Source: Escherichia phage MLF4. From it: DNA of 64,000 nucleotides. The DNA is taken from sequence record NC_055780.1, one strand, 5' to 3'. The position numbers were made by a program, and so were the translations under genes. The notes below the pieces were generated by a model. That model searched no databases. It was not told the origin of the DNA and saw only the letters and a program-made list of their open reading frames with translations. Below, piece by piece: positions 56,878 through 64,000 of the stretch (its first letter is position 1; every line of letters begins with the position of its first letter).

Positions 56878-58502
<1,625 letters not shown>

Positions 58503-58534
58503 TTAAGCAGGATGGGGATTTCTCCCCATTCATT

Positions 58535-59026
58535 TTATTCCCAATAATCGAGAGCAAGAGTTACTTCAAAGGTTTGGATTTCATTGTTTGAATCCCAATC
58601 TAATTGAAGTTCACCCACGTTAGTAGGCCACAGACCTTTAATTTCAATTTCTTTTGTTACTGTTTTAGCATCACGAGCATATTGACGAACAATAGCGCTC
58701 TTTTTATACTCTGCAGGTTTTCCACCAGTAATTTCGTTTCCTTGACCAGCAGCAATGCTTTGCCAATCAACAAACTTCTGACGAGCATCATGAGCTTCAT
58801 CATTCATCACTGTAACAGTCCAGTCATCGAATGTACGATCGCCTGCCACGTTAATTTTACGGTTCATAAATCCGACTGGAATTTTTTCTACAATACCAGC
58901 TGGTAAAGCAGTGGCTTTACATTGGAACGTAAAATTTTGTCCAAGATAAGAAATTTCTACTTGGAATAAGTTAGGTCGAGCAAAATCACCAGATTCAAAC
59001 GCTCGTGTTACATCATCTACAAACAT
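58535..59026 (-). CDS. 19: Tail tube protein gp19
   Basis: 163 aa (same as T4 gp19), synteny 18-19-20. Confidence 0.88.
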   Translation of the reverse strand: MFVDDVTRAFESGDFARPNLFQVEISYLGQNFTFQCKATALPAGIVEKIPVGFMNRKINVAGDRTFDDWTVTVMNDEAHDARQKFVDWQSIAAGQGNEITGGKPAEYKKSAIVRQYARDAKTVTKEIEIKGLWPTNVGELQLDWDSNNEIQTFEVTLALDYWE

Positions 59027-59099
59027 ATTAGCCTCTGTAGTATTTATATCCCTATGTTTAACCTAGGGCATATAGAATTAAAGAATTAAGGATATAGTG

Positions 59100-59107
59100 T
59101 ATTTATA
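59100..59107 (-). promoter_or_regulatory. Late promoter TATAAATA for gene 19
   Basis: Plus-strand TATTTATA; a hairpin GGCCTG-CCGAAA-CAGGCC lies just upstream of it on the minus strand. Confidence 0.55.
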
Positions 59108-59133
59108 TGGCCTGCCGAAACAGGCCTTTAGAA

Positions 59134-59691
59134 TCATTCTAGTAAATCCCAAAGATCTACGCTATTTCTTTTTGACTTTTCTCGGTTAGATTCCCAAGTG
59201 ATTATTTCTAAATTTTTTACACTTGCTATAATTTCCGGCGGAATTAAATTATCAAATCCATATTTGATAGATACTTTATGATCGAGTTGATAAGCACCTT
59301 CTACGCCGCACATTCCTATTTTATCAGCATTCGGCCATTTTGACCAGATTTTTCTTATTTTAGCTGACTTAGTTATAGAATGAACTCTACTAGCATATAA
59401 TGCAAACTCTTTTCTTTTGCCAGTCCATCGAGGATGTTTATCACCTCTTTGCCATGGTCTGCTTATTCCAGATTGAACTTCCGAATTTTTAATAGAAACT
59501 TGTTTAATGCTACATTTTCTACATGCATGTGTGGGTGTTCTATTTAAAAGTTGAATGCTTCTACTAAATTTAGTACCACACAAATCACATTTAGCGTCAA
59601 CTATTTTATTACTATTCTTTGGCATTAATTCTATTGGAACAGATACTGTATCATGATATGATACTTTATATCCCAGAATTGTCGACCACAT
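59134..59691 (-). CDS. Freestanding HNH homing-endonuclease-like protein inserted between genes 18 and 19
   Basis: 185 aa from ATG at 59691 (MWSTILGYKV...); zinc-finger-like CDLCGTK...CRKC and HNH-type motif YQLDHKVSIKYGFDN...NLEIITWESNREKSKRN. The track start at 59778 is a TTG that would run through the hairpin. Confidence 0.7.
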   Translation of the reverse strand: MWSTILGYKVSYHDTVSVPIELMPKNSNKIVDAKCDLCGTKFSRSIQLLNRTPTHACRKCSIKQVSIKNSEVQSGISRPWQRGDKHPRWTGKRKEFALYASRVHSITKSAKIRKIWSKWPNADKIGMCGVEGAYQLDHKVSIKYGFDNLIPPEIIASVKNLEIITWESNREKSKRNSVDLWDLLE

Positions 59692-59756
59692 TTTTGAATG
59701 ATTTCTTGGTTTTATTGTAACAAACTTAGAAATAATCACTTGTTTCCTCGAGAATA

Positions 59757-59774
59757 GGGGCCGAAGCCCCATAA
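59757..59774 (-). terminator. UUCG-tetraloop hairpin downstream of gene 18 (terminator or processing site)
   Basis: Minus-strand GGGGCTTCGGCCCC directly after the gp18 stop; same stem-loop sequence as at 524-541. Confidence 0.5.
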
Positions 59775-59778
59775 TCAA

Positions 59779-61758
59779 TTAACCTGCAAGACCAGTTAAC
59801 TCATCAAAATCTGCACCGGTAGCAGTTGCGACGAAATTAAGTTGGATATAATTTATACTACGAGCCGGTTGGATGTAGAATGTTGCAACAAACTCATTTC
59901 TATCAATTACTGACGGAGTGTTATTTGTTGTATCGCAAACTACACGATATTCATAAATTCCACCGAGAGCTTTAATTCCCTGTAAGTACTGGGCAGTTTC
60001 TGTGCGGAATGATGAACGAGTAAACGCATTGTTTAATTCGAACAAACGATATTTTGAACTACGTCCGATATTCGTTTTCAACATATTAAACAGACGACGA
60101 ACGTTAATACGATCAAATGGAGAAGGAACAGAAGTAGCTGTTTTATCACCATACAATACGTAACCATCACCACCTGTACCAGTTACCGGGTTGATAGCTT
60201 CTTGGTATAAACGGTCGCGCTGAGCCTGGCGAGTTTCAATAGCAAGTTTAATAACGTTAAGAATCTGGCCACGATTATAACCAGCTGGAGACATCCAAGT
60301 CTGAGAAACGTTATCGGTTCTCGCGCATAAACCAGCAATATCAGCTGCTAATGGAACCCAACGATTCACATCATTATATTTGTCATACTGATATTTGTAG
60401 TTGCCATCGATTGCTGCATAGGTTGAACTGATATTAAAGTTATTATCAGTGTATGAACCTGCTGCAGTTCTCCAATTGACTAAGTTATCAACAGCACGGG
60501 TTACAGGAATTCCAACTACAGTTTCACGCGGTGGTGAGCACAATACTAAGCAATCCTGGCGAGCATCACCAATTGAAACGACGTGTTTTTGGACAGTAGA
60601 TGCTGTTTCTAAAGATTCACCAGCACAAGAACCCGCAATAAACAGTTGAACGTCAACAGATTCACGGTCAGCAAAGAAGTCCCAAGCTTCCATCAAATCT
60701 CCTGCTGTTACTTCAGCATTTGATGATAATCCACCAGACAGAGTTAAAATTCCAGAGAAGCCTTCTGGCCAGTTTTGTGCAGTTGCAAAAATATATTCTG
60801 AGCCGCCTTTTGCGAAAAAGTCATCGATATAGATGTTACTATCGTAAATATCTTTTTCGCCACGCTTAGTTGAAAGAACAACGCTTTGAACAATAGCATC
60901 ATTACGACGAACTATAATAGCGTACTGTGAATCAGTTTGTGGTCCGTATCCAAACACCGCTTTAGCAGTAGATGCACGAGTACCACCACCTGGATAAATT
61001 GGGAGTAATGCAGAAGCGCCTTTCGCATAGTCAGCTTTAGATACGATTTCAATTTCAATTTTATCGCCTAATTCGCCTGGATAGAGAGCTACTACTCCTG
61101 GAATTCCATATTTTTCAAGATTTGCCTGAAAATCAACTGCTGTCATAGCAGTTTCAGCGCTCTCGATTTCAGCTAATAAAATACCGGAATCAGTAATAAT
61201 TTTTCCAAGAGTTATTACTGCAGCTAAACCGGAAGAAGATGAAGAAATTTCTGCAGTCCAGCTAGAACCTAATGCTGGGTATTCGCCAACTTCTTTAGCT
61301 TTAGCAATAATTTTTGCAGTAGGAATATTAATTTTCTTAATTTTTCCATCTGCGTCTACTTCAGTAATTTTACCTTCAGTTTCAATATCATCTGAAACAT
61401 ATTTGACCGTGATTTTATCTCCAACTGCATAGTTACTACCTGGGGTAGAAATTGTGTATTCAATATTACCAGCAATTGGCGATGAGTTTTTAGCGGTATC
61501 TCTATCAACAGCACGAACTACTCGTAAGTCATTTCCGTACTGCAAGAAATTCATCGCAGACATAAAGTAGTCAGCTGTTTCAGCGGTTGGTTGACCAAAA
61601 GTATTAACTAAATCTACTTCATTTGTAACCTGTTTAATCTGAAAAGCAGGACCCCACTGGAATTTACCGGCCAAAGCTGCTGTACCAGTAGAGTTATTAA
61701 CCACGGTGCTTTGAACCGTAGTTTCTTTGAGCTCAATGCCCGGAGATAATAAAGTCAT
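59779..61758 (-). CDS. 18: Tail sheath protein gp18
   Basis: 659 aa (same as T4 gp18), synteny 17-18-19. Confidence 0.9.
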   Translation of the reverse strand: MTLLSPGIELKETTVQSTVVNNSTGTAALAGKFQWGPAFQIKQVTNEVDLVNTFGQPTAETADYFMSAMNFLQYGNDLRVVRAVDRDTAKNSSPIAGNIEYTISTPGSNYAVGDKITVKYVSDDIETEGKITEVDADGKIKKINIPTAKIIAKAKEVGEYPALGSSWTAEISSSSSGLAAVITLGKIITDSGILLAEIESAETAMTAVDFQANLEKYGIPGVVALYPGELGDKIEIEIVSKADYAKGASALLPIYPGGGTRASTAKAVFGYGPQTDSQYAIIVRRNDAIVQSVVLSTKRGEKDIYDSNIYIDDFFAKGGSEYIFATAQNWPEGFSGILTLSGGLSSNAEVTAGDLMEAWDFFADRESVDVQLFIAGSCAGESLETASTVQKHVVSIGDARQDCLVLCSPPRETVVGIPVTRAVDNLVNWRTAAGSYTDNNFNISSTYAAIDGNYKYQYDKYNDVNRWVPLAADIAGLCARTDNVSQTWMSPAGYNRGQILNVIKLAIETRQAQRDRLYQEAINPVTGTGGDGYVLYGDKTATSVPSPFDRINVRRLFNMLKTNIGRSSKYRLFELNNAFTRSSFRTETAQYLQGIKALGGIYEYRVVCDTTNNTPSVIDRNEFVATFYIQPARSINYIQLNFVATATGADFDELTGLAG

Positions 61759-61786
61759 TTTTAATCCTCTTTAATATGCTTTAATA

Positions 61787-64000
<2,214 letters not shown>

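Overview
This window reads as a contiguous segment of a T4-like (T-even) myovirus genome, in reverse orientation relative to the conventional T4 map. Gene order, protein lengths and several protein sequences recalled from T4 match: tail-fibre genes 38 (partial), 37, 36, 35, 34 on the minus strand; then on the plus strand rnh, dsbA, 33, 59, 32, the frd.x small ORFs, frd, td, nrdA, nrdB, denA, rnlA, alc, spanins, pseT, the cd.x small ORFs, cd, 31, rIII, the 30.x cluster, DNA ligase (30) and two tandem Alt-like ADP-ribosyltransferases; then baseplate genes 54, 48, 29, 28, 27, 51 (minus) and 26, 25 (plus); uvsY, uvsW, inh, hoc, rnlB; head genes 24, 23, 22, 21, 68, 67, 20; tail tube 19, sheath 18, terminase 17 and partial 16. 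The gp38 adhesin with poly-glycine motifs and a gp37 with a C-terminal chaperone-like domain indicate a T2/T6-type rather than T4-type fibre tip. td and nrdB are uninterrupted (no group I introns) and there is no ORF between nrdA and nrdB, while a freestanding HNH endonuclease sits between genes 18 and 19. No rRNA, tRNA or CRISPR array was seen. Most of the window is canonical T-even core; I did not find one clear-cut undescribed system. The best candidates for follow-up are (i) the duplicated Alt-like ADP-ribosyltransferase pair with a NADAR/YbiA-like putative ADP-ribose-processing ORF about 3 kb upstream, (ii) a 54-nt exactly duplicated early-promoter cassette and related promoters with a stem-loop around the -10 box, (iii) the HNH endonuclease insertion, and (iv) uncharacterised small-ORF clusters and two ORF-free gaps around rIII. 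Everything here is by-eye reading plus recalled T4 knowledge; no database search or computation was run.
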